Below, piece by piece: positions 11,549 through 24,700 of a stretch of DNA of 64,000 nt (position 1 is its first letter; each line of letters opens with the position of its first letter). Where the stretch lies: positions 19,485,365 through 19,549,364 of the forward strand of contig NC_092678.1 of NCBI RefSeq assembly GCF_964355755.1, in the 5' to 3' direction. This DNA comes from Antedon mediterranea (Eukaryota; Animalia; Echinodermata). The position numbers were made by a program, and so were the translations under genes. The notes under the pieces are model-generated. The model saw only the letters and a program-made list of their open reading frames with translations. It ran no database searches and had not been told where the DNA came from.

Positions 11549-14500
11549 TTAACACCGATTCACACCTTGGGTTTCTGTGGCACCATCACATCGAATAATA
11601 TGTTTATTACGCAAGTTGAGAATTGACGTTGCGATTATTTCAGCATTATTTCTTTGGTATCCACCCGAAGTTACCATGACAATGGGAATACCACGGCTAA
11701 TGGCCGCCTGGAAAACATACTCATCTCTTTCAACAATGCCCTGAGGATGATGAAACAAAAATTTGATAAAGTGGAAATTATCTATACCAACATTTCTCTA
11801 ATTTTAAACTATTTTCAAAATAGTTTAAAATGCTAAACCAGAACCATTTCAAGTTGAGTGGTTGTGGAAGACTTTAATGAATTGGTTTACCTTCGGTGTT
11901 ATTGAGAGCGCCCCCAAACTGTCGCCTTGTAGTATATCAGTTCCAGCATTGTACACAATCACATCCGGTGTAAATTCTTTCAACGCTGCTTCCAAATTTC
12001 TAATTGGAAAAAGAAAAATGACTTAAAATGTTAAGTTCAGTTTGCTGGCCATTTTCTAATAATGAGAATTGTTTTAATTAATTTAATTCTTAGTTTCCAC
12101 AGTCAATCAATTACAATTAAAGCAATTAAGATGTTATGACTGGTTTACACAAAGATGGTACCATTTTCTTAGAGGTTAATTTGTTTGTACTAGTGAACTG
12201 GCAGCAAATCCAGATGGATTGTAAATATTAGTAGAACATTACCTGCTAACTTGATCAAGATAGAACGGGTCTTCGAGAAACATCTCCAATTCCACCTTTC
12301 GATTAATTGCTCCTAAAAAATTAAATTTCCGTTAAATATATTGTACATTTTAATAACATCATGCAATCTGTATTTCAGTTTTATAGTGACTTTTTATTTA
12401 GTGTTCTACAGCCTCCATCTTTTTCTCTTGTGGTTTTATAGTGGTTTTCTTCTAGCAGTATTTTTATTTTTGCATTGTTTTATTTTTGTACTGTTTTAAT
12501 TTTTGCATTGTTATTTCTTTTGCATTGTTTTATTTTTGTAGTGGTTTTATTTCGTTTTAATTTTTTGATTAATTTTTTGCAGTATTTTTTCTCTTGTTTT
12601 TATTTTTGCATTGTTTTATTTTTGTAGTTGTAGTTGTTTTATTTTTTAGCATTGTTTTATTTTTTCAGTGGTTTATCTCTGTTATTGTTTATTTTTGCAG
12701 TATTTTATATTTGTAGTCGTTTTCTTTTTGCTTAAGAAAATCTGTGTTGTTTTTATTTCACTATAACTATGTGCTTTAGATACTCTTGAAGTCAAGATTA
12801 TTTAACAACACTTCTCTGTAAAATAACTTACTTTTAGCAAACCCATCATGGGGGTAAATGTGTCTGTTGTATACATCCATGATATAAACCTGATCATCAC
12901 CCATAAAATCTCGTTCATGGCCGTTACCTTGATGAGCGTCAAGATCTACGATCATTGCTTTCTTGACGCCTTCCATTCGCTGAAGTAAAAACTATAAAAG
13001 AAATAAATGCATAACAGCATGCTTTCTTGGAAAATGATGTATATAAAGGACCACTTTTCCTCGGCTACAAGAGATAATTTCTTGAATGATCGTAAACTAA
13101 AAATAGTACTGAGTATGATCAACTAACGTTCCTGCTCTCAACCAGTCATTTATCCATACACTGTAGTAGTAGTACCAAGTACTGGTGAAGAAGGCCTACA
13201 GTATCTGATTGCGACTATAGAATTGTCCCGAGACTTTTAATATACTTCGATTTTAGATGACAAAAGATTGTATTGTATTTTTTTTGTTAGAATATCTATC
13301 ACTTAATCTCTCCTTTTTTACCAACATACTGTGTTCTGTCATAGAGTTATAATACTAGCAATAGGCTAGTTAATTCTTTAATTATACCTTCCATACAATT
13401 ATAAAGTCTCACTGTTGTTTTAAATTGAGTTAACAACTTGCTATCATTTATCTAACAAGACATTATTTTTTTCCCATAGTGAAGAGAATGAAAGAAAGAT
13501 TTGTATCAAGAAAAGCAGAGAGAAAGAGACGAAGAAGGAGAAAGAGAAAGGAGGAGAAAGAAAGCAGTGCAAGGTCAAAGACATTTTAGTGAAGTTTCTG
13601 TCATGCTCGACGATCTTTATGGATCTGACTGGTGAGTACAGAAAACAAAAATAAAATAGAAATAGTACTTTGTATTGGTTTTATTGTGATTAGCCATGCA
13701 TGAAACAGTAGCTCACCAAAGTCTCTGATATCGCACATTGAAATAATCACAAATATATGGCAATATAATAACAAACTCCTGGGGTTTGCTTGAAAATGAT
13801 TCAATCTGGTCACCATCACGTCTTAATGTTCACCTAATTAGCTCACCATGGTTCAGGTAAATATAGGTTGACTCAAAACTGCTAATAAACAAATCTACAT
13901 GCGAAGTATACCATAAGTGGATGATTTAACAAAACAATAATTTGTTCAGCTGGTCATCATAGAGAGGAAACATTTATTACTCACACTAGATTAATATTTA
14001 CCTTAATTGTGAGCGTTATATCTGCATAAGCACAAAATCCACCACCCCTATCTCCTGAACAATGATGAAAACCGCCCCCAACGTTGATTGACCAACCACG
14101 CTCCATGGCTAGTTTACCGGCCTATATCAGAAAAGTGCAGTATTACTTTTTTGGTTTTTACATAATATATCAAAGATAAAATTTGTAGAAGCAAAGATAA
14201 AATAATTCAGGGAATTTTGGAATTAGATAAAATGAATTGAAATACATACGTAATAAAAAAATAAAGCGCCACGCTTAATCCCTGTTTTCCTATACGTTCA
14301 CATAAAAACAAACTCAAATGCAATCCAATCACCGAGCTTGGTGAACGATCAAACAGTCAGTGGGGCTAACATGTGCATCTAACATTCAGTACTTAAATGT
14401 GTGTATTGTTGTTTAACTAAATTCGCTTCAGCACAATGGCCCAAAGTGTGCCGGTCTTTATGACCTAGGCCTTCTCTATTTCAAAATCCTGGATCCACCT

Positions 14501-17500
14501 TTACTTTGACGATCATTACACCTTGCGCCCTCTTGATGAGTGACAGTGCCTGTGTGTATACTAGTACACAGGGCTAACCCCCTACTCGTCTCAAAAGATG
14601 TACTAGATTCTTTAAGTGCACATGAGACAGATGTGTACACTGGACCTACGGTTTATAGTCTTTATCCGAGAAGACTCGTTCTTCCACCAGAACCATGGAG
14701 CGAGTGAGGCTCGAACCCTTGCCGATGTTAATATGGCAAGGTATTACAGTTCCACTATCTTAACTGCTTGGCCACTCACCACTCAATCAATTAGCACCTA
14801 CAGCTTCAAGATTGTGAAAATGTATCACTACCCTCAAAATAATTAAAAGAAGCAAAACTTACCAAAATTGTACCACCGGCCTGTAAGCGGAAAGGGCGTA
14901 GCACCTTTCTTTGCACCAGAAAGTTGGGCAACATAGCCACAGGTGGGACTTCAGTTATTGTGGCTACGTTAATACTCCACTAAAGGAAAAAAAAAAAACA
15001 ACATAAAAATAATATATTATCTTGCTGAATAATCATTCATTTTAAAGACAGATATTATATAACAAACATAAGCATGCTTTTGTCCCAGATTACATTTTAA
15101 AACAATTTTTTATTTGTTCATCAAGTTGATAATTAATTAAATAATAAATGTTTTCTTATTATTATTTCATGGATGTTGATGTTTTCTAGAATTTTGATGT
15201 TGCGCAAAGTAGGCTATGTAGGTTTTGAAATGTCTAGCAAATTCTTTTTAACTTTTCTTTGACAAAAAAGGAAAACTTCACACCATCATGCTGTATATAT
15301 TATCATAGGTTTGTAGCTTAGTGGTTAAGCTGCTTGGTTACCAATCCTAGGGTCATGGGTTCAAATCCAGTCGAAGCCTGATTTTTTTTATTGCAGCATA
15401 GGCCGCTCCCGCAATTTTTTTTTAATTAAGAGGTTGTTAAAATCTGTAGTTTTGTTTCTCTTAGTTGCCTGAATACCTAATGATGACCGAGCCTTTGCAG
15501 TTGCAGCTCCTAATGATGACCGAGCCTTTGCAGTTGCAGCTCCTAATGATGACCGAGCCTTTGCAGTTGCAGCTCCTCAAACTGTAGAACAATCTTTCTA
15601 ATTCACTTCATAATGCACCTTTTATTGAAGTTTTCAAAAGCCTTTTAAAAAACCATCTTTTTTATTCTTTGTAATTTCAATCTGTTTAAAATTCTCCCAT
15701 TTTTATTTTAAGCGCTTTGGGACAATCTGTTGATTGTTAAAAGCGCTATATAAATTTGACAAAATTAACATTGTTTGATGTCATTGTCATTAAAAAAAAA
15801 AGGATTGTCATCTAGAAATTTTAACAGTCAGAAAACGGTTGGTTTATTGCCATCGATGGAAATTTGTTTAAATAAATTACAAACAAGAGATCTGGTTGAC
15901 ACACTGTTGTAGGATTAAAATCTTTGTAAATGTTAGGTTTTAAAATGTTTAATAAGTTCATTTGTCATTATTTTTGTTTGTAAAAAAAGAAACACTTGTC
16001 TTGATTAGTAAAATATTACAAGCATTTGTCATATATTCCATAATCATATTTGATTTGTCAAAATTCTTAGAAAAGTCAAAATCTAAAGCAATCTTTTTAC
16101 CTACAGTAATGCATCAAATATTGCAATGTTTGAAGCACTGTAATTATTGTCCCTAAATGACAAGGAGGATTTAAAAGTAAGTCCATCAGGATTAAGTTTA
16201 AAGATTAAGCAGAAAGAGATTAATTGTAACATTAGCAGATAATCTTTTTGACACTGTCAATGATCTATTAACAAATCACACAGATTTTAACTGATTAAAA
16301 GCCGGATTTTTAAAGATTAACTTAAAACTTAGGGTTGTTAAAAGTAAAGGTAACACTTACAATTATTTGTTCTGTTTGATGTAAAAGAAAATTGTCTAAG
16401 TTTTGAATAAATTGATTTATCAGTAGAATCTATACACTTTTTATTACTGGATGCATTAATTATTAATTAACAATTCCTCTTTCTATAAAAGAATAATATG
16501 TAATCTAACTAATAAATGACTGAACTTTTTCTTTTTGGAAAGTTTTTTATTAATTTTCGTTTAATTTTAATTTTTTCCTTTTACTCTGAGCAAACTTTCC
16601 AATTTTAATCAACTTCAACGTAGTAATAGTTAGCGCTTCCTTTATTGTAAGAGAGACTTTTGGGCCTACAGTAGTTTTATATATTTTGTTTAGGCTAGTT
16701 ACTAGACTAGCTACTTTACATGTATGTCTTTTCAATTTTCTTTTGAGCCAAAATTGAAGCAAATTCTGGATTGTTTTAAGTCAATACTTTATGAGATCGG
16801 ACATTATAATCCATTGGTAGTAGAAAGGCTGGTTAGGTTCTTGCAGTGTATAATCTTTGTCTGTCTTTCAAAAAGAAAATGTCTGTCTGAAAATTGATCT
16901 GTTTTTTTTGGCTACTCTCTCATCATGTCACAACAGAGTGTTAGGGTTAGAATTTTAAGATCATAGATTTTATTTCAAAATGGTTTGGCCACTCTCAATG
17001 TCCGTGTTTCATGGCATGGTTCTTCTCGGTGTCGGTTTGACATTAAAATCTTGCGGAGAGTCTATTATTGATTCCATGTTTTTGTTGAGTCTAGGTTTTT
17101 CATTAATATGAGTGTGCCAAAAAAAAAAGTGCAGTGACATCAATTATTATTTTATATGACTTATAAAAGTCTTCACCCAATATTGTGCAACCAACCATTA
17201 AATAATATATGGTTCCAACAATACATTAATCTTATCTGCCATCAAACATTATGGAAATAGATGGAATTTGACACCACTTTCTTTACAATGGCAATCACTA
17301 TGAGTGGGTACAATGTTTACATCTGGGTTATGTAAACACTACATGTTAGTAAAGTACAGTTTACATAATTGCACAAAAAGTCCCCTTTTCTGCTATAGCA
17401 ACTGATACAGTATTATGACATGCCAGCCAAATATTTTTCAAACACGAACAGATTTTTTTGTTCATACATGAAAAAAAGTAATTTTAAACGGTCGTTTAAT

Positions 17501-20500
17501 AGTGTGTACTATTGCACGCCATGTGACCCACAATCGTCCAATCAAATGACTGGAAGTTATTTAGATGTTATATGATACAGTTTACATAATTGCACAAAAA
17601 GTCCCCTATTTTTTGCTATAGCAATTGATATAGTTTATGGCATGCCAAGCCATAATTACAGTATATCACACATATGTTTCAGATCTACAGTAATACTACA
17701 TTTAGCTAGCATGCAATTTTTTGTTTTATTCTAGGCAGAATGAAAATGTAATCTTGCATAAATGTTAGGAGAGTGGGGGGGCGGAGTTTGATGAAGGGGG
17801 GGGGGGGCGGAGTTTGAGGAAGGGGTGTTCACAATGATGGTATATGTTTTTGAAAAGGAAACATAGTATTTTAAATTATGTATTTACTGTTCTTTACCCC
17901 TGAGTTTTTTATTTATTTTATTGTGTTCTTAGTACATATTTTAAGTAGCTATTTTTCTGACAATTTATTTATGCATTTTTCAATATTGGGCAGGATATTA
18001 ATTTAATTTTGGTTATAGACACAATATTATAACTCCATCAGATTGACAATATCATGCTAAAAAGAAAATCTTTAAGACACACAATAAAATACAAATACTT
18101 TATACATTTTGTTATAATTTGATAAATAGTAAAACAAAATATCATAATCATAAACTGTTTAAGCTCTGTTTACACTATCAAACAAGTGCCCAAATATGGT
18201 AGTGATATGAATACCAAATATGGTAGTCATGTGATATATGTCATTGTGTCAATATATGGGCACAACACATTTTGTTTGTCACATAAAGTTTCAGTGTAGA
18301 CAGAGCTTTAAAGAATCTCCTTAATCTTCACTGAACAAAATGATAGCCATAACAAATAAATGGGGATAGGGAAAAGAACATACATTAAATATGGAATAAG
18401 TAACGTTGAAAAAAAATATTAAAAATATTAGTAATTATAGTAATATCAAGATTTAAATGTATTGATAATTACTGTAAAACCAAATACAGAAATAAGAATT
18501 AGTTTTATTTTTAAGTAAAATTCTGTTAAAAATAGGTAAAAACCAACTGAATTAAAAAAATTATTCAAATTAAAAAAACAATATTGAAAGACAATTTAGA
18601 TAAATTTACTTTTTTTGTTTTGTTTTTAATAAAATCCAGATGAACATTTCCAATCTTGGAAAAACCTTCAGTAAGTCCAAGTGCAAAAATGGCCTTATGG
18701 GTAAAGTTTCCATAGATAGATTTACCATTTTTCAAGTCCAGTGCATACAAGGCATTTGACTAAATTCCTGGCAGTGAATATGATATAATCTTAGAAATAT
18801 CATTGAGTAATCCATCCAAGTGCGAACAATGGTCAAAGTAAAAGTACTCATGGCCTTGTGGGTAAAGTTTCCAATTTTGTCAAGTGTGAACAAGGCTTTT
18901 AACTAATCATGGAACATAAGTAATAACATGGAAGCATGCAACATTGTACAACATGAAAACATCTAGAAAAGCATTAGTAGTAGAATGGAAGAATGATGGA
19001 AAATAGTTATGTTTTAAAGTAATCTAATACCTCAGGCAGGCCTTCCAATAGATTCTCCTGCAGAAAGAAAAGAGTTGAAAGGTCATTGCGGAGAAACCCC
19101 CTCTACTATTTAAAGCACCTGGTACCTTATCATAGGAAAGGTATACAGTATGATACAGCAGCATATGTTTGTCACATATAACTGTACCTGTATGATAGGA
19201 AATATTGTCCATTTGTCTAATTTGAAAGGTCAAAGCAGAGAAGCCCCCTCTACTATTTAAAGCACCCAATACCTCATACTGTATGTTAGGAAAGGTATAC
19301 AGTATGATACAGCAACATATGTTTGTCACATATTATCTGTATCATAGGAATTATTGTCCATTTGTCTAGATTTGAAAGGTCAAAGCAGACCCCTCTACTA
19401 GTTAAAGCACCAGATACCTCATATTGTATTTTAAGAAAGGTCTACAGTATGATACAGCATCATATGTTTGTCACATACTACCTGTATCATAGGAATATTT
19501 TTTATTAGCCTAGATACACTATGTATAATGTTAATAGATACACTGCATCAACAATCTGTTGGAGTTACTATATATTGTCTTTCTTTTTTCAGAAGAATTC
19601 AATATTTGATTGGCCAAGTGAAGTGAATATATTTTGCAAAATATGTAAAAAAAAAAGAGTAAAAAATAAAAAGCGTGAAATTTAATGTAAATAATTTAAA
19701 CTTCGTAGTTAGCAACTCACAAACTAACAGTAATATAAAGAGGATCTAATAAGATGTGTATTTATACAGTAGTTTTAAATTTTAACCTGTGTATGCAACA
19801 AGTAAAGTAAATTTCAAGTTACGCAATTTGACCAATCACAATTGATGGATAATTCAAACAGTCGCTTGTGTTGCGCTTAGGTCCTTGCTTTGTATCCTAG
19901 TGAAAACCAAGCTTTAAGAAACTAGTTTTACTGTATAAAAAAGTGTGATGTGCCCAAATATGGTAGTAGTATGACATCATCGTGTCCATATAATTATGGG
20001 CACATCACATTTCTTTGTCACATAAAGTTTGATAGTGTAGACAGAGCTTAAGATGTCTGGCTATCAAAAATGAAATGTGCTTAATAAAATAAATAAGCAA
20101 TAATAAGAAAAATGTTGCTAGGCGGTGTTTTCTTAAGCCCTGTCTACACTATCAAACTTTATGTGACAACAAAATATGATGTGCCCATACACAGTATAAA
20201 CATGATGTCATATCACTACAAAAATACAATAGTTGGGCATATCACTACCATATTTGGGCACATCACACTTTTTTCACAAACAGTTTGATAGTGTAGACAG
20301 AGCTTTAGAAACCAAAGTGAAACAATTACTAAAAATCAAATTTACTACAATATTGATACCTACTCGTAAACTTTTAAGATATCGTTTTGTGTGAGCAACT
20401 TTCAAGTCAGTTTCTGTAGGTTCTTGCGGACGCACTGTAGTTTCGTCACTTAACATCCCTGCATCTATTTTTATTAATAATAATATTTATAATTTATTTA

Positions 20501-22626
20501 CCTCCGCCAAGGAGGTACAGTATATGTAATCGGTAGCGTGTGTTTGTTTGTTTGTTTGTTAGCAGGATTACTCAAAAAGTTTTACAAGATCTTGAATATA
20601 TGAATATACAGATAGATATGTGGTCAAGGACCATTCCATTAAATTTTGGGACCATTTGGGACCATGGTCCCAATATTGGACCACTTTTTTTAGTATACTT
20701 TTCACTTTCAGACCTGCTAGTGTTAAAAGATAGGACAGAATTTTTCAAAAGCCGGCGAGCAGTCTTAAAGTAACAAGTAAACTGAAATTGCATTTTCTCG
20801 AGAACTACTTGTCCAAAAAACTTCATTTTTGTACAAGATGCAAGAGTTATAATTTGTGATTTGTAATTTTAAAACATAATTTGATTTAATGTGCAAGTTT
20901 TTTGATGCGAGTAGTTTAAAAAACCTATTTCTTTTCAAATTCACTCGTTTGATTTTCGCGTTGCTGTTCTATTGTTAGTCAACTGAAGCTATTGTTAATT
21001 GAAAGGCTTATACATAACCATTACACCAAACTTGCATACACAGGCTTGTAGTGAAATTAGCCTAAATCACAAACAGCATTAAGACACACATAAATATATA
21101 CAGTATATATATATTTTTTACCGGAGAAATCTTATGTAGGATAATTTTACAGTGGGCGGAGGTATGCACTCTCAGAGTGGCTTTCTAGTTTATAATTGAA
21201 GATGTATTGTCTCTCCCTTCCCCACCAAACAGTTTTTACAATAAATTTAAAAATATGAAAAATGAAGAATAATAAAATCAGACGTTTCAATTTGTAAGTT
21301 ATTCACTTCCACAGAAAAAAAAGACCCAACAAAAATAATGTTTTAACCAAATAAAAAAAAAATTAACCACACACCCATTGTTTGACTATTTTTGCCTTAA
21401 ATTACAGTTTTTCATACACTTTTTTTCTGATAACATTTTTTGGACATAATAGTATTAAACACATTTTTTGAGGCGGAAAATCTTACAAATTAAGCCAGAT
21501 CAAATGTATAGTTTAAAAAACTACCTTTTAAAAACCCATAAACTTTTCCCCATTTGCCGGAGTCAAATGGATGCAGTTTTTCTAAACCAAGAAATCCGAT
21601 GTTATACTCTGGGGAATAGATGATGGGCCACTTATTGTCACTGATGTCAAAATATAATTTTGTGTCGTGCACCTCTTCCTCACAATCCCTAGATAAACAA
21701 AACAAAGATATGAAAGCATTCAGAAACTGAGTGAAGTACTTGGCAAAATATTGCCACAGAGGGTGAAAAAGAATACAAATTTTGTATTTTTTTTATTTGT
21801 GAAGTTTATACCTATTTACACCGAAAAAAAATCAGAATGATAAATTAAAAATTGTAGGCGCTAACAAACATACAATAACAAAGCAAGTACTATACTAGGG
21901 CTGCTTAAATTTAGTGATTAAAAATGGCTGTTGATTAAAAAAATACAAATGTGCTAACAAATAACATTAAACAACAAAGGATAGGCCTAATTGTTAGACA
22001 GAGAGGACAAAGAACTTTAATTTATGCAGAGAGATATTTAAGTATTTTTAAATAAGAAAATTAAATTTAAAAAAATCTATTTAGAATCAAATCATTGGGT
22101 GAAATCTTAAGTAACAGCACGCGCCACTGCAGACTAGAGCGATGCGGTGTTTAGTAATAGTAGGGGATTTCCCTTTTCGTAGGATTACGCAACAACTAGG
22201 AGGGCCTAACTAAAAAAAAAATAAATAAAAAACATACACACACTGTGTAATGTTACGACAGCATACTATAGGATCCGCTGACTAACGAGTAAAGAGTATA
22301 CACTTTTTCAAAAGAAATCGCCTAAGCTAGGCCTCTAGCATCCCAATGTAGGCCCCTAGTGTAGTTTAGCCTAACTAGGCCTATTATAGGCTAGTTAGCG
22401 AGTATCGTCGGTAAAGAAAAGAGAGTGACTGTGTGCGTTGAAAGGCCTGGCTAATGAAGCATCGCTAGGCCTAACAAAAAAACATTACAGACATATCGAT
22501 TAGTCCGCTGTTAAACAAAATCTTGTACTACCGTTCATCATATGTACCACCCCCAGTATCTTCCTTAGTTTGTTGATTTTCATCTATTATTACTGAGTTA
22601 TTTTCATCTTGTTTTGATCCTGCCAT
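11549..22626 (-). CDS. HDAC11: Histone deacetylase 11 (class IV), ~375 aa short form, 9 exons: 22626-22532, 21688-21525, 20464-20364, 14979-14863, 14121-14002, 12991-12832, 12312-12243, 11999-11891, 11740-11549
   Basis: Diagnostic HDAC11 peptides: WPIIYSPEYNIGFLGLEKLHPFDSGKWGKV, ATITEVPPVAMLPNFLVQRKVLRPFR, GWSINVGGGFHHCSGDRGGGFCAYADITL, IVDLDAHQGNGHERDF, VYNAGTDIL.GD.LG, MVTSGGYQ. All junctions are GT-AG with consistent phases, and the catalytic His-His, Zn ligands and Tyr are intact. The first exon is the least certain. Confidence 0.95.
12420..12735. repeat. Degenerate ~18-bp T-rich minisatellite (tttttgcattgttttat)
   Basis: Many imperfect tandem units in an HDAC11 intron. Confidence 0.75.
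14500..14786 (-). mobile_element. tRNA-headed SINE with a Deu/Nin-like central domain
   Basis: Minus strand: A box (GTGGCCAAGCAG) and B box (GGTTCGAGCC), then TCTCGGATAAAGACTATAAACCGTAGGTCC...GTGCACTTAAAGAATC...GAGTAGGGGGTT..CCCTGTGTACT. This resembles the conserved DeuSINE/Nin core, recalled from memory rather than aligned. Confidence 0.6.
15308..15390 (+). repeat. tRNA-derived fragment (SINE head or tRNA pseudogene); similar decayed fragments at ~6095-6175, ~29810-29880 (-), ~47925-47985
   Basis: TAGCTTAGTGG A box, GGTTCAAATCC B box and a T-run after it. The stems are poor. Confidence 0.5.
15440..15756 (+). mobile_element. L2-clade LINE 3' end with a triplicated 33-bp internal segment
   Basis: Decayed translation DRAFAVAAP..L.NNL....F.SLLKTHLF is the typical L2 ORF2 C-terminus, followed by the L2-type tail aagcgctttggg...aagcgctatataaat. 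15476-15577 is 3 x 33 bp. Confidence 0.65.
18162..18307. mobile_element. MITE family A (Harbinger/Tourist-like)
   Basis: TIR AGCTCTGT(C/T)TACACT...AGTGTAGACAGAGCT, with TTA on both flanks. Internal gcccaaatatggtagtgatat sub-repeat. Confidence 0.75.
19077..19500. repeat. ~3 x ~148-bp tandem repeat
   Basis: Unit gaaaggtcaaagcagag..cccctctactatttaaagcacc...ggaaaggtatacagtatgatacagca.catatgtttgtcacata, starting at ~19077, ~19224 and ~19373. Confidence 0.85.
19919..20304. mobile_element. Two adjacent MITE family A copies (19919-20048 truncated; 20136-20304 complete, TTA flanks)
   Basis: Same TIR and internal motifs as 18162-18307. Confidence 0.75.
20496..21190 (+). mobile_element. Helentron/Helitron-associated non-autonomous element (HINE/DINE-like)
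   Basis: Subterminal inverted repeat TACCTCCGCC ... GGCGGAGGTA, (GTTT)n microsatellite near the 5' end, 3' stem-loop GCACTCTCAGAGTGG, and a CTAG end in a T-rich site. Confidence 0.7.
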
Positions 22627-24384
22627 ATTTTTGATGAACTTTGACCTTAATAAATTATTGCATAAATGCAGCACCCACGGCTGCCGGGTATGTTTTGTAT
22701 ATTTGTCTATATATACTTACACGTAATAATGTACGTAGTACTGTTATGGATATTTATGTATTAAAATTGGCCATTTTGTTTTGCTGTTCTTAGACTTGAT
22801 TCACTCATTTTTTTATGTTTGAGTTGATTGCCTTGTTAGCATAAATATAAATGATCAGGAAAAAATCATAGCCAAATCCGTGCATAAAGAGGGAAATATT
22901 AATAATGATGATTGATTTTGCGAGGACCAATCCAGTGTACACCGAACCCACTCCTTTGATTTGTATACGCCCATTCTACCATTAAACGCAGTCAACCGTA
23001 TGTTTATACCCATAGATAAGACACAATGCATTCTCTTGGTGATTATTTATAAACGTTCCGTATGGTTGTATGGTCATATACACCCTCTCTGATACAATTA
23101 AACTGGAGAAAATACTTCGCTCGACAAGTTACGTTGCTGATGAGATTAAAATCGCACTTGATTTGAGAAATCAACCCGGATTGCTATTATACAAGCTAAC
23201 ACGCAATGGAATGATGAATACATTTAGGGTGACATATTTTTATTGTTGTCCAACTGAGCAATTACGATACTTTTGTTAAATAACACCGTCGAACGAGGTT
23301 GTCGAATAAATACCCATTTAATGTATGAATACACGTCATATTTTTCAGTGTGGTTGATGGACCGGCAAGTCAAGTTCATAAGGAAATTAGACTAGATCAA
23401 ATTAATTTAAGAAGCAAACTTTCTCGTTGGATTTGCGCAAGATTATATAAGTTAACATGAATTTGGACTTTACGATTAGGAGCATTCCAGCAATGGGTAA
23501 GTCTTTTTATTTTAATTTGTTTACTTTAATGATTTCGATGGATGATATGAATCGGATATCTGCTCGCGATTCCGATCAATATTGCCAATTGGCCGTATGC
23601 TAACTGTTCTACCCAGGTGTCTGAACCTGTTGATGAAGACTACGAGGTGTGTTCTCAGACGCATACAACATCATTGAGCCCACCAGTGGCTCGATTCCCG
23701 ATAGATCAACTAGTATATTCCATGGCAATACTCGGCTATCAATGTACCAACGATATCTCTGTTCTGAAGACACACCTCATACCTATGACATAAAGCAATA
23801 ATCGTCTATGACAGGGAAAATCTAGATATACGGACAGTACTAGCTATTTTGTTCCCAAAGTTTGTATAATTCTAATATACAATTTTTTTTTAATGCGTTG
23901 GTTGCAAATACATTTCTATCGGGTTGTTTTTGTTGCATGTTGGGGTCCTATAAATAAAAGTAGGTTGGCTTATTCCATACTCAAATTCAATTTTGCTTAA
24001 TCCATTTTAAAAGTCTTTTATTTTCCATAATAATAATAATAATTGTTTAATAGCATTATTAAGATGGTGTTAAGGTCCTCTAAAAGGAGGTTTTACTTTT
24101 TATAGTACTTAAAAAATCAATTGGAAATTCAATACGGTTAATTAAAATCCATTTTATAGTTTTATTTTATTTTCCGTATTATAGGTATTGGTGATATAAT
24201 TTGTGAGGTTGTGTCACGGCCCTATAAAAAAAGTTTTGCTGTTTATTTGGAACTAAATTTCAGTTTCAATTGTTCTGTTTTATTAATATTACTGATTAGG
24301 TATTGTTAATATTAATTATACATTAATTCATTCATCAGTGGAAAATTATTTCCATTTATTGTCATTTGCATATAAATTATACAT

Positions 24385-24700
24385 ATGGTGTGGTTTGTGG
24401 CCCTCTAAACGACGTTCTTATTGTGAAAAACAATATTTTTTTAGATGATGTGGTCCTCTAAAGGAGGATCTTATTGTGAACGAAATATTTTTTTAGATGG
24501 TGATGTGGTCCTCTAAAGGAGGTTCTTATTGTGAACGAAATATTTTTTAGATGGTGATGTGGTCCTCTAAAGGAGGTTCTTATTGTGAATGAAATATTTT
24601 TTTAGATGGTGATGTGGTCCTCTTAAGCAGGTTCTTATTGTGAACGAAATATTTTTGAGATGGTTATCGTCCTCTAAAGGAGATGTTCTTATTTTTAACG
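24385..24700. repeat. ~54-bp minisatellite (agatggtgatgtggtcctctaaaggaggttcttattgtgaacgaaatattttttt), 5-6 units, with diverged longer-period relatives back to ~23935
   Basis: Tandem units directly visible. Confidence 0.9.

Noticed and set aside
19024-19508. ORFs with internally repeated peptides
   Set aside because: By-product of the ~148-bp tandem repeat; no splice or homology support.
24385-24700. Regularly spaced direct repeats superficially like a CRISPR array
   Set aside because: Units are contiguous with no unique spacers, there are no cas genes, and the context is eukaryotic; it is a minisatellite.
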